In this document: one piece after another, positions 1-14,012 of the stretch
Layout: each line of letters opens with the position of its first letter
Numbering within the stretch: position 1 is the stretch's first letter
Assembly: GCF_009914755.1 (NCBI RefSeq)
Contig: NC_060945.1
DNA length: 64,000 nucleotides
Direction: 5' to 3' (one strand)
From: the human T2T-CHM13v2.0 reference genome, Homo sapiens
Program-made: the position numbers and the translations under genes
The notes under the pieces: generated by a model
What the model was told of the DNA's origin: nothing
Database searches by the model: none
Seen by the model: the letters and a program-made list of their open reading frames with translations, nothing else

Positions 1-3000
1 GCAGGATTAGAAACAATACAGAGGTCATGTGGGAGAAACACCAGACACTTGATACAATGTCCTTTTCCAGATGCAATGCCAACACATCATTATGGAGTCT
101 TCCCAGGGCTCTCATTAACTACAACCTCTGCCCATGTTACTCAAAATGTGATTCAATTCAGTTATTCATTCAACATACGATAACTGTGTGCCTTGTATAT
201 GGACAGTCATGTTCTAAGCTTGAGGGATACTACAGAGCACAACATAGTTCCTTTTCAAACAAAGCCTTTCTTGTATTCCTATGGGAGAAGACAGGCAATA
301 AACAAATAGATACATAGCACATCAGTGGGAGAAATATGGTTTTAGGAAAAAAAAAAAACCTAACATGGCAATAGGATGGGGAGATGGAGGAGATTGTGTT
401 ATTTTACATAGAATAGTCAAGTAAAGCCTCCCTTTGTGGGTGATATTTGAACAGAATATGAAGGAGGAAATGAGCCATAGGACTATCAGTGCAATGAATG
501 AACCCAGCATGGGAAAGAATGAGTGCAAACACAGAACATACTCCAAGATCAACCACATGCTCAGACATAAAGGAAGAATGAATACGCTTTTGAAAATTGA
601 AACAATGTCAAACATACATTTGGACCACAGTGGAATAAAAATAGAAATGAATACCAAAATAATCCTCAAAACCACATAATTGATGCATAAATTAAACAAC
701 TTGCTCTTGAATGACTTTTAGGTAAACAACAAAATTAAGGCAGAAATGGGAAAATGTATAAAATAAATGAAAACAGACACATGATATACCAAAATCTCTG
801 GGATAGAGCAAAAGCAGTGTTAAGAGGAAAGTTTATAGCACTAAATACCTATCTCAGAAAGTTAAAAAGATTTCAAACTAATGATCTAACATCACACCTG
901 AGGAACTAGAAAAACAAAAACAAACTAACTCCAAAACTAGCAGGAGAAAGGAAATAACTAAAATCAGAACAAAACTGAATGAAATTGAGACCTTGAAATC
1001 CATGCAAATAATCAACAGAATCAAAAGTTGGTTTTCTGAATAAACAAGATTGATTGACATCTAGCTAGATCAATGAAGAAGATGGTTTTCTGAAAGGATA
1101 AACAAGATTGATTGACATCTAGCTAGATTAATGAAGAAGAGAGATTTAAATAAGCACAATCAGAAAAAACAAATCAGATAAATTTCTGGAAACACACAAA
1201 CTTTCTTTCACTGCTCTTTGAATTCTTCTTGCATGAAATCAAACATCACAACCAATCTCACAGAAGTACTATAGCATTATAGCATCTGCAAGACTACTGT
1301 GAACACCTCTGTGAACCAGGAAATCTAGAGGAAATTGATAAATTTCTGGAAACACACAGTCTCCCATGATGGAATCAGGAAGAAATTGAAACCCTGAACA
1401 GACCAATACCAAGTTTCAAAATTGAATCAATAGTAAAAACCTACCAACCAAAAAAATGTCCTGGACCAGATGGATTCACAGCTGAATTCTGCCACACAGA
1501 CAAAGAAGAGGGAGTATCAGTCTTACCAAAACTATTCCAAAAATTGAGGCAGAGGGACTCCTCTCTAACTCAATCTACAAAGTCAGCATCACCCTGACAC
1601 CAAAACCTGGAAAAGACACAACAAACAAAGAAAACTACAGGCCAATATCCCTGATGAACATAGATGCAAAAATCCTCAGCAAAATACTAGCAAACCCAAT
1701 CATCAAAAAGTTAATTCACTATGATCAAGTAGCCTTCACTCCTGGGATGCAATATTGGTTCAACATATGCAAATAAATAAATGTGATTCACGACAGAAAA
1801 AAAATTATAAACAAAAACTATATGATTATTTCCATAGATGTGGAAAAAAACTTTAGATAAATTTAACATACTTTCATGATTAAAAAAAAAACCCTCAACA
1901 AACTAGGCATTAAAGGAATAGACCTCAAAATAATAAGAACCATGTATGACAAACCCACAGTTAACATCATACTGAAGGGGCAAAACTGAAAGCATTCCTC
2001 TTGAGAACAAGATAAGGACACCTACCCTCACTACTCTTTTTCAACATAGCATTAGAAATCCTATCCAATGCAATCAGACAAAAGAAATAAAAGGCATCCA
2101 AATTTGAAAGGAAGAAAAACTATCTCTGTTCACTGACTATATGATACAAAGCCCTGAAGACTCCACCTTCTATGTGTAGAAAACCCTAAAGACTCCACTG
2201 AAAGGCTCCTGGAACTGATAAAGGACTTTAGTAAAGTTTCAGGATACAAAATAAATGTACAAAAATTAGTAGCATTTCTATACACCAATAACATTCAATC
2301 TGAGAACAAAATCAAGACTGTAATCCCATTTACAATAGCTGCAAAAAAGAAAAAAGAAAATAAAATACGTAGGAATACATCTAACCAAGGAGCTGAAAGA
2401 TCTCTACAAGAAAAACTACAAAACAATGCTGAAATAAATTATAGATAACACAAAGAAATGGGAAAACAGTCCATGCTCATGGACTGGAAGAATCAATATC
2501 ATTAAAGTGGCCATACTACCCAAAGCAATCTACAGATTCAATGCTATTCCTATCAAACTACTAATGTCATTTTTCACAGAGCTAGAAAAAATTATACTAA
2601 AATTCATATGGAATAATGGAAGAGCTTGAATAGCTAATGCAATCCTAAGCAAAAAGGACAAAGCTGGAGGCATCACATTACCCAACTTCAAACTATACTA
2701 TAAGGCTACAGTAACCAAAAGAGCTTAGTAGTTGTACAAAAACAGACACATAGACAAAGGAAACAGTCTAGAGAACCCAGGCATAAAGCCACATACCTAC
2801 AGTCATCTGATTTTTGACAAACTAAGTTGACAAAAATAAGCAATGTGGAAAATACTCCTTATTCAATAAATGGTACAAGGGTAGCTGTCTAGATGTATGC
2901 AAAAGAATGAAACTACACCCTATCTTTCACAATATATAAAAATTCACTCAAGATGGATTAAATATTTAAATGTTAGACCTCAAACTATAAAAATCCCACA

Positions 3001-3409
3001 AGAAATTTGGAAAAGAATGTATGACTAAGTCCTAGAAAGCAATCACAACAACAAACTGAAAAGTGGTAGCTAATTAAACTAAAGTGCTTCTGCACAGCAA
3101 AAGAAATTATCAACAGAGTAACAGGCAGCCTAAAGAATGGGAGAGAATATTTGCAAACCATGAATCTGAAAAAGGTCTAATATCCAGAATCTACAAAGAA
3201 CTTTAAAAATTCAACAAGCAAGAAACAAATAATCCCATTAAAAAATGGACAAAAGACATGAACAAACACTTCTCAAAAGAAGTCGTACAGGTGACCAACA
3301 AACATACAAACGCTCAACATCACCAATCATCAGAGAAATGTGAATCACAGTTATGATGGGATAGCATCTCACATCAGTCAGAGAGGCTCTTATTAAAAAG
3401 TCAAAAAAC

Positions 3410-4148
<739 letters not shown>

Positions 4149-4551
4149 GAACTTAGAACTACCATTTGACACAGTAATCCCATTACTGGGTATATATCCA
4201 AAAGCAAATAAATTATTCTACCAACAGATACCTGCACTGTCTGTTTATGACAGCACTATTCACAATAGCAAAGTCATGGAATCAACATAGGTGCCCATCA
4301 ATGGTGGATTGGATTTAAAAATGTTATATATTTTATATATATATATTTTAGTTTACTATTACGTAGCCATAAAAACAGAATACTATGTAGCCATAAAAAT
4401 AAATGAAATCATGTTCTCTGCAGCAACGTGAATGCAGTTGGAGGCCGTTATCATAAGTGAATAAATGCAGGAACAGAACAAATACACATGTTCTCACTTA
4501 TAACTGGGAGATAAACTCTGACTACACAGGAATATAAAGGTGGGAGCAATG

Positions 4552-4883
<332 letters not shown>

Positions 4884-5127
4884 CTACCAGAGGTGGGAGA
4901 GTAGGAAGGAAGAAAGAGTTGGAAAACTAACTGTTAGGTACTATGCTCAGTACCTGGGTGATGGGATCAGTCATACCCTAAACCTCAGCGTTTTGCAATA
5001 TGCCCATGTAACAATTCTTCACATGTATGCACTGAATCTACGTAAAATAAAGTTGAAATTATTTAAAAAAAGAAAAGAATGACTGCAAATACCTGAGGTC
5101 TTAAAGCAGGAGTGTGCTTGGCATTTA

Positions 5128-5591
5128 TATCAGTCTGGCTCCCAGCAAAATAATTTGCGTAGAGTCTAATCAATACTCTATATAAAGAACAAAGAGAATA
5201 TAAGAAAGTCATTGGGAAAAATACAGTACCTAGGGCTAATAACAGTAGGTCTCCATTACTGGTTAGGCCCAAAAGGGCGAGGGGTGAGATTAATTGTAGG
5301 AACCGGAGACAGAGAGAAATGTGTAAAGAGGGCTACTTTGTAGGAGTAAACCCCTTAAACAAAGGATGCCTGTGTCCTGCCAGCAAAGAACCTGTAGAGA
5401 GGGAGACAGTGAATATACACTCTAATCTTACTCTTGTCCTCCCTCTGATTTCTTGACAGTGCCCGCTATTGGCTGAAAACGGAAGGCTAAGGCACCTGTT
5501 GATAAAGTCCACGCCGTTCTCCCTCTCAGGGCACAGAAAAGAGAAGCACGGAGAGTGGATCTTCAGGGGAAAATGGAAGGTCTTTATCACA
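5128..5591 (-). mobile_element. ERVL LTR, LTR33-like
   Basis: End ...gagagtggatcttcagggggaaaatggaaggtctttatcaca matches the reverse complement of the recalled LTR33 5' end (TGTGCTGGATAT..CCATTTGCCCCTCCAGATCCACTCTCC). Confidence 0.55.
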
Positions 5592-6834
5592 GCAAGTCTG
5601 AAGGACCCATGAGGCCAGAGTGCCCGGAGCCTAGTAGGCAAACGAGTGAACAGCAGGAGATGAGAGCAGTGAGGTAGAGGCTGGATCATGTGGGGCCTTG
5701 TTTCCATAATGTGGACTTTGTAATTTATTCTGAGTGACATAGGAAGTCACAGGGCATTTTTGAACCAAGGGGAAGGCAAGGATAGAAGCAAGAAGATCAT
5801 TTAGGAACTATTGCAGTAATCCTGGTGAGAGATGATGGTGACACGGGCTAGAAAAATAGTGAGCCTGGCAGTGAGAAAAGCAATCATGTTCTGGATGCAT
5901 TTGGAAAGAAGAGAGCTGTCATAGTTTACATATGTTGACTGTGAGAGACAGAAGATTGTCAAGGAACACTGGAGAGTTTGGGCAACATAAACAATATAGT
6001 TGCCATTTCGCCATTTACTGAGATGGGCAAGACTTCTGAAAGTGTAGGTTTCATATGGCTATTAGGCATCTAGGTAGAGATGTCATATGTGATTTTGGCA
6101 GAGGTTGGGCCTGGAAATATAACTTTGGCATTTGTTAGAATACAGATGTCAGATAAAGCTGTGGGACCTGATGTGATTAGGCAAGGATTTAGTGTAACTA
6201 AATAACATTACCCTAAAATGGACTCCTGGGAATTCTAACATTTAAACTTTAATAATGCAGGAAGGAAGCACTCAGCTAAAAAGATCAAAAAGGACTAGAA
6301 TGTGTTATAGCAGGATTCTGGTGGGTATTGAGTGTAACTGAGTAGTGTAAATTGAAAACAATTTGGGTCAAAGAAGCCTGTAGCCATAATGAGAAAAATG
6401 ATCAGAATATGAGAGTATTGATATTTTTGGTGACCTTGGGAATATTTAAAAGGTACAGAAATATTGACGTCTACATTTTGATGGTGATTAAGACATAATA
6501 TTGATCTTACTATTTTTGAAATGTATAGTTCCTGCAACTTAGTTGTTAGATTATTAAACAGTTTTGGCCTAATTTTTCTGTAAAAAAAAATGACATTTCA
6601 AAATAGGTTGGTCAAAAACATATCTTGTACATAATCTGACCAAAAAATTAGATGCAGTTAAATCTTATTTCCTATTCAATTTACTTGATATTATCACATT
6701 TGACACTAGCAAACTATTTGGAGGAGAGTGGAAAGTTCTAGAATTGCCCATATGTGTCCTAAAAACAGGGTCAAGGCTGCAAAGATCTTTTCTAATAAAT
6801 AATGAGCATTTATAAGATTCTGCTACTTTCCAGA

Positions 6835-7299
6835 GTAGGATAGACAGATCAGTGATCCCCAAAGATTTCCACATTCTATTCCCAGGAACCTATGAATATG
6901 TTACCTTACAGGGCAAAAGAGACTTTGCTGATGTGATCAAGTAATGGACTTTGAGATGAGGAAGACTATTCTGGATTATCCAGGTGAGCTCCATGTGATC
7001 ACATGGGTCCTTAAAAATCAGAGAACTATCTTGGCTATGGTCAGGAAGATGAAATCTTGCTGATTTTGAAGACAGAGGAAGAGGGCCATGAGTCATGGCT
7101 TGTGGGTGGCCTCTACAAGCTGGAAAATGGAAGGAAACAGATTCTCCAGGAAGAAACACAGCCCTGCTAACACTATGATTTTACCCCTGTTTGGTCTGTG
7201 TCACACGTCTAATCTAGAGAAGTGCAAGAAAATTAATTTGTGGTTTCCATCTACAACATCTGTGGCACTGTGTTACAGCTGCAATGGAAAATTAATACA
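6835..7299 (+). mobile_element. MaLR solo LTR (MLT1D/E-like)
   Basis: ccccaaagat...gaacctatgaatatgttaccttaca.ggcaaaagagactttgc...ctggattatccagg...ggaaaattaataca. Confidence 0.85.
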
Positions 7300-10209
7300 T
7301 AGTGTCATGATTTTGTTTTAGATGATCATCTCAGTTGAATGAAGAAACAACCAAAATGGTGAATTTGAAGATTTCAAATGAGAAGCAGTTTCCTTCCCTC
7401 ATATTGAAGTGTAGGTACGGGTCTAGAGTGGCCTGGACCCTTCCCCACTATACCTGAATGTCCTGAGAAGGCGATGTTTGTTCCCTCATTGTAGATGAAG
7501 AAACAGAGATATTAAATATATTTATAAGATACTCCAAATAACAGAATGGATCCAGCACTGAAACCCACTTTCCACCCTGCCCCCCCGCACATTGCCTCAA
7601 AGGCTTTCATATATATGAAATATATATGCTTAAGAAATCCAAGTAAATTTGGAAGAGGGATGATTACGCACAATTTCCTTTTGGCTGCCTGATTTCCTTT
7701 TGGCCTTCTGCAGTTAAGAAGTCCGCGCATTTGCATGGTCATCTTAACACATGAAAGGAACAAACCAATATAGTCTAATCATAGTAGCCTGCTGAGGTCA
7801 CAACAAAATTGTCTGACCTCTGAGAGGCTCTGCGTTACACCTAAGAAAACAGCAATACCAGTAATTTGCTTTAAAAAAAAAAAAAGAGAAAGATGCATTT
7901 ATCAGCCACAGTGAAAGATAATAGTCGGTGCCCTCTTCGTCTTTCCTGTCCCTTTAATTTTTTGCTAACAGGGGAGGAGAAATAATCAAGGGCATCAGGT
8001 GTAGGTTGCCCCTTAAACTAATTAACAGTCCTTTGGGGAGTTTCGCTAGCCTCCCTCTTTTGTCCAGTTACTGGCAGGAAACTGGGTGACCAGGTGGTTT
8101 TCTGGTGCTGTAACTTTGCCGAGGGCTGCTGGAAGTTGTAAAAAGGCTTTAACTTATCTCTTCTAGATCCTTGGGTTCAGCCGGCTCAACCTCTTAACCC
8201 AGGCTTTCTTCATTTCCCTGTCTTCACATGTCTATCTTTGATAAAGGAGAAACTGGTGAAAGTCAGCATGTAGATATTACCTCTTGAGTTCTAAGGCTCA
8301 AATTCAGTAAGTTATAGAGAAATCTGGTGGTGTTGCTTTTGTAGTATGAAGCCTAGTTCATTTTTATTAAAATATAATTGCCTTACCTAGGAGATGCTTG
8401 AGGAATTGGAAGGACCAACCCAGAGTCTATCTCTCTTTGTTGTTGCTTACTGAGTGTTCTCCTTGGTGGAAGTGGCTTCTATTCCATTATAGGCAGAGCA
8501 CTGCAGGGCTGTTTATTTCCTGTATCTACAGAGTACAAAAATGGTTCAACGAAAGAAATAGTTGGGATTGAGGTATTTGATGGAAAGGAAATGGGAGTAT
8601 TTGTTCGTTTGGGCCACGAGGCAAGTTCAAAGCGGGAGACTTTTGTTTTATAAAATGATGGTGAGCAGCTCCGGTTTTATGTCAAACATCAGGGTTTCGT
8701 GCAGGATATAAACATTTCCTGCTGGCCAAGTCTGTTTCTATAATGGTAACCCCATAGGTTCTGTGCTACTTGCACTGTAATTGTGCCAAGAGTTCCTGTA
8801 TTCAACAGGGGAGGTTAAAAGTCAGTCTGGTTTCACAGCTGTTTTGGGTAAGAATTGGCTTTCCAGCAGCTCTGGAAACTTACAGTTATACTCCTCAGAT
8901 AAACATTAATCAGTGGCTATAATTTCACAAGGGCATCGTGGAGTTGTTGGGAACGAAATTGGAAATATGCCTGTCTGGGTGTGTATTTCATGGTTGTGTG
9001 TAGGGACGCTCAGGGACATTAGTTTTAAGAAGGCCATTAATGAGTATAGATAATTGTAGAATTTTATTTCATAATTTCTTCAGGCACACATTAAGGTGAA
9101 AATGAGCACAATTGAAAGTTTAAATGGTAGACCTTATTTTCCCCTTGACTTTCGGTAAATTTAAAGATGGTTTATCTTCATTTTTTATTAATCTCAATTT
9201 GGCACTGATTCCCAATGCTTCAGCTTTCATTTTCTCTTTTCTTTAGTCTTTCAAGTAGTTATTGATTTATAAACAAATACTTAAATGTAAGGAAGATGAA
9301 GAGATTTTGATTTAAAGCAATCCTAATGGTGAAAAGAAAAATCATTTTGAGCTATAGAGGAAACTCCCTCCACAGCATCTCTTTAACCGTTTTGGGTTTT
9401 CATACTTCAGGTTGTCTTAAATTTGGGGCCATCTCTATTCCTTTATAGTTTTCCTAACTTGTGCCCTAAAAGATAATATGAGCTGTCTTTGATAAACCCA
9501 TTTTAGAGCTTGCTCTGTGATCTGAATCACAAAGTTGACATTGAGAATTATGTTCTTCCCCTTGATAAAGGTTGCTAGAAATGGCAGAACAAACGTAAGA
9601 GATTTTTTTAAAGTACTTGAAAGACAGGACATCCCGTGGGCTTTTCTGACTGATAAGACATGCTGTACATATCTCTACTCAGGAGGCAGAGGAAAGCTTT
9701 GGAAAGAGGATGGGGTATAGTCATCACAAATATTTTAAAGAGACTATAAAAACATGCTAAGGACAGCCAAAGCTGTAATAAAAAATAGAAAACATCAACA
9801 TAAATGATGAAATTATTATTACATTCTATCAATGTGAATTATCCAAGTCCTTTGATTTTTCTGGGAGACTACAAATGAAAAGAGGTATGTGCAAGAACCC
9901 TTCCAGAGAAGGAAGTCTATGTCCTCTTCCATACTATCCCCAACCAAAAATGAATGAGGAAAAATAACATGTAGTTATGTTAAGGTGTTTAGGTTTTTAA
10001 CAAGAGAGAATAAGATTAAAAGTACCTATCAAAGTAATCGTTTTCAAATTGACAGTTGTTCAACGAGTACTCTAAAGTCCTGTATATGTTATTGCCCTTG
10101 ATGAAGATGGGCCTTCCCTTGGTCTAATAAGAAAGGTATACTTTCCCTGTTTATAAATGGCATTTTCCATTCATGGAAGAAAAAACGTTCAGTCCTTTGT
10201 GATATAAGA

Positions 10210-10520
10210 TTTGTCATCTGATGATATGGTAGCCCCTAGCTACATGTGGCTATTAGACGTTTAAAATGTGGCTAGTCTGAATTGAGATGTGCTATGAAGT
10301 GTGAAATATATGTAGGATTTCAAATCCCCCACAAAAAAAATGTAAAGTATCTCAATCATATTCTTATTTTGATTACATGTTGGAATGATAATAATTTGGA
10401 CATATTTGGTTAAATACATACATTATTCAAATTAATTTGTTTTACTTTCTAACATTTCTATTAGAAAAAATTTTATATTACAATTTAAAGTTGCACAGGT
10501 TGCCCACATTATGTTTCTGA
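10210..10520. mobile_element. hAT-Charlie MITE, MER33/MER3-like
   Basis: atatggtagcccctagctacatgtggctatt...aaatgtggctagtctgaattgagatgtgct...cacattatgtttct. Confidence 0.75.
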
Positions 10521-10781
10521 CCTAGAAGCCAGTCTTAGATATTTGTATCTCTATAACTTTAGGCACTGAAGTCACTTTAAAAAAATAAAGGAAACAAGAG
10601 ATTTCAACTCTAAGAAATGAAATAAGGAAGGATAGACTTTAACTTGCATATGTGGAGAAGAAAGTTCAAGAAAGAGGAAAAAGGGGAGCAATAGAGGTAG
10701 GGAATCAAGTGACTGCAGAAAACAAAGAGGATGGATCAGTTGATGAAACATCAATGCAAAATAACAAGAGTACCACAGTAG

Positions 10782-10801
10782 ACACACACACACACACACA
10801 C
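10782..10801. repeat. (AC)10 microsatellite
   Basis: Read directly from the sequence. Confidence 0.9.
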
Positions 10802-11984
10802 CATGGAGCTCCTATCGTCTTGATTTGTTGCCCTATACTGCAAATCTCATATATTTGATTTCCAAGTAAATTTAGCAAGGTCGATGAGTTTGCACCATTA
10901 TTGCTCAGGAAATTTCTTCCTGTAAGTTTAGATGGACTCACTGTCATGGTACGAGTTATTATTATTAAGTATACCTTCAGCATTTTATATCTACTGAAGT
11001 GGTCATTGCTCATATTTTTTGTTATTCTTCTCCGTTGGCATCTTCCATGCACTCTGTATCAGCCAAATAGTCTAAGTCTGAAACATCAAAATGACTTGAC
11101 AGATCTGCAGGCTCATATCTTGTTCCATTCTAAACCTTCAAAGTTATATGGAGGAAATATAATAAAAATTGATTCTGCAAAGATGTTCAAGTCCTCAACC
11201 TTCCTTACATGGTCAGGATAATAAAAAGATATATACCATACCAAAATTAATTTCCACTGCTCCCTTGGCCTTGGATAAATGAAAAACTATAGTTTTTAGT
11301 TTTATGGATCTCCTAGCCTTCACCAGCACCAGTGTTGAGGAAATTAAACAATTAATCTTTCTTTTAATTGTATAGGAATGTCAGTCAGTGAAGTAAACAC
11401 AACTTATTCCGCTCTTGCTCAATGAAAGTTATCTACTGTGAAGGATTAGCTGCCATGTTCAACAATAACGAAGCTCTTGTTTTCCAATAAAGAGGTTAAT
11501 TGGCTTCAGAGAAAATACGTGTACAGAACACATAGGCCTAATATTGGTTTTGCAAAGGCCCAGTGTGAGGGAAGTTAATGTTTCCTGTTTATTAGCTGTT
11601 TTACAACAATCTGCCCTTGACCAATAATTATGCTTACATAGCTGATGCTAATATGTGTCAGCGCAGTAGCTACTTAATGTATCCTCTGCACCTGTGTGCA
11701 ATTGAGTTTGCCATCAACCCACAGCGTCCTTAGTCCTCACTCTTTGGGTGTTGTTTCCTGTCTCCAAATGGACTAAGCACCTGGATGGTGGAAACTCCAA
11801 TGTCAAAAATCAGGCTGCCTTTCCTGGACCTGTTTTCTTAAATTCTAAATGTAGCCATCTGTTTTGCAGGTCTATGTGGTTAAAAATGAGAATAAGAAAA
11901 GTAGAGGATACTTTCTAAACTTAAAGAATTTTTCAAGGAAATTCACACAGGTGTCCCATACATATTCACTGGGGAGAGGCCTCT

Positions 11985-12123
11985 GGAGTTTTGAGAGCAT
12001 ACTGAATCACTGTAGGATCTTGCTAAATTGCAGATTTAAGCAGGGCCTGATAATCTGCATCTCCAACAAGCTCCCAGGTAATCCTGATGATGCTGATTCG
12101 TGAGCAAATGTTGAGTAGCAAGG
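11985..12123. mobile_element. MER5A-like hAT-Charlie MITE
   Basis: aatcactgtaggatcttgctaaattgcagatt...atctgcatctccaacaagctcccaggtaatcctgatg...ttgagtagcaagg. Confidence 0.75.
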
Positions 12124-13960
12124 CACGGGGGCTCCTTAGGATCACAGCCACTGTGATAACTACTTACTGATGTTTACTGAGGTACGATTAAGTTTTTACT
12201 TTCTGAGTAGCAACCACGCCTTCTATTTCCTTTGAAAAGACTCATAAAGCTTGCCTGCAGTGTAGCTCTGGACAACAGAAAACTCCTGGTAACTTTTGTG
12301 AAAGATAGATCATTACATGGCAACTCACTGAAACTGATTTTGTCCATGAGGATGCTCTAAGTCACATATAGCAATAGGCATTGGAGAGAAATTTAGGAAA
12401 CAGGACTTAAAGAAATATGGCAGTGAGTGTTACCAACTGGGACAGTTAGACTCATTAACTCCTTGATTTCCCACCTTTTTCCTTATTTACCTTCATGTTA
12501 CTCCCTCTCCTATAGATTATTTATTCCAGTTTGCTCACTTCACTTCATTTTGAGAGCAAGCTAACTAGGTTACAAGTGGCTGTTTAAAAAGCATCCCATG
12601 TAATAAACATGGCACATAAAGTTCACTGATGTCAAGAAACAAGAATCAGGAGCAGTAATGATCTCTGAGTCTTTGATCGTTTTAAAATATAGTTCCCCTC
12701 TGGGTTAAATATTTTTTATGGCTTTGGGAAATATTCATATTAATTCCTAAAAAAAATGATGACCAGGATGAAGAGCCTATATAAAAATAGACTGAAGGAC
12801 AATCACCAGGCCGATTTTCTTTCATGATACAAGTTTTCAGTGACAGCTCTAAACTAGAAACTTTTCAATTAAGTCCAATCTGTCACGGTGGGGGAAACCG
12901 TGTGGCCGGCAGGCCTTGCAAAGAGATTTGGCAGTGAGTGGCCAAGTTAGCATTTCTAACTGAAAATATGCTGTATTTGTTTAAACCATTGCTTAAATAG
13001 CACTGTGTATTTTTATTCCTTTGTAGGCATTTATGCCATTAATTTATATGGTATGCAATTAGGCACTGCAAGCTCAGTATTGGAGTCTCTGTTTTTCAGT
13101 CTTTCCCCCATCTCTAAGTTTGCCTTGGTGGCAGTAAAACAGAATGATAAAATAATCTTTTCTTCCCATCTTGCTCTCTCTGCCACATAGGGAGAAATTT
13201 TTGTCCTTGAGAATGTTAAGTGTCCAAATCATCTCTGAGCCCAGTTCATGGTCAGCACTTGAAGGGAACAGTTTGAGACAGCAGAAGCCTCTTAAACCAT
13301 CCCACCACAAATCTCTTACAATATAAAAAGACAGGAAATAATGCATCCCTCCCTCCTTCAAACTGTAGTGACATGATGCCATTATTGTAACATAAAGTAC
13401 CTTCTTTTTCAAGGTTGTTCTTAAGAGCTGTGGAATTGTACGTTTCAAGAGACTGCATTATTAACAAGGTTTGTATTATAAAAAACATACAGGTCATAAA
13501 TTAATGGCATCAATATCCCCTGGAACTAGATCTTAGCTGTGTTTAGATGCATTCTTATTTATATTGGTCTAATAACCAGGACCTTTCTCTGCTCACCACA
13601 TTTCAGCAGTTTCGATTGGCTGTATCATTAGTTCAGTAGCCCCTCACAAGGGGCACGTCAATCACCTCATGTTCTCCTTCACCTCTCCCTCTTCTCCGTC
13701 TCTTCTGCATTCCCTCTCCCTCGCTGTTTTGTGTTGTGATTTACTTGGGATCGCTTGAACCTTTTTAATAAATAAGGTTATACACAAACCTAAGGTTGCA
13801 GGTGGAATCTCAGTTCCTTACACTCTCCACTACTCAATGTAATGTGATCAGACTTAGGAGGGGAGAAAGCCTACAAATACCGATACTTTACGGAGTATTC
13901 TTTCAACTGTTGAATGTCCTTTAATTTAATTCAGAAGTCAATCCAATGCATGTTTTCTTT

Positions 13961-14012
13961 TTTTTTTTTTTTTTTTTTTTGAGACGGAGTCTCGCTCTGT
14001 CGCCCAGGCTGG
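13961..14012 (-). mobile_element. Extremely 5'-truncated young Alu (32 nt of 3' end plus poly-A)
   Basis: Poly-T followed by gagacggagtctcgctctgtcgcccaggctgg. Perfect TSD atgttttcttt at 13950-13960 and 14013-14023. Confidence 0.9.
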
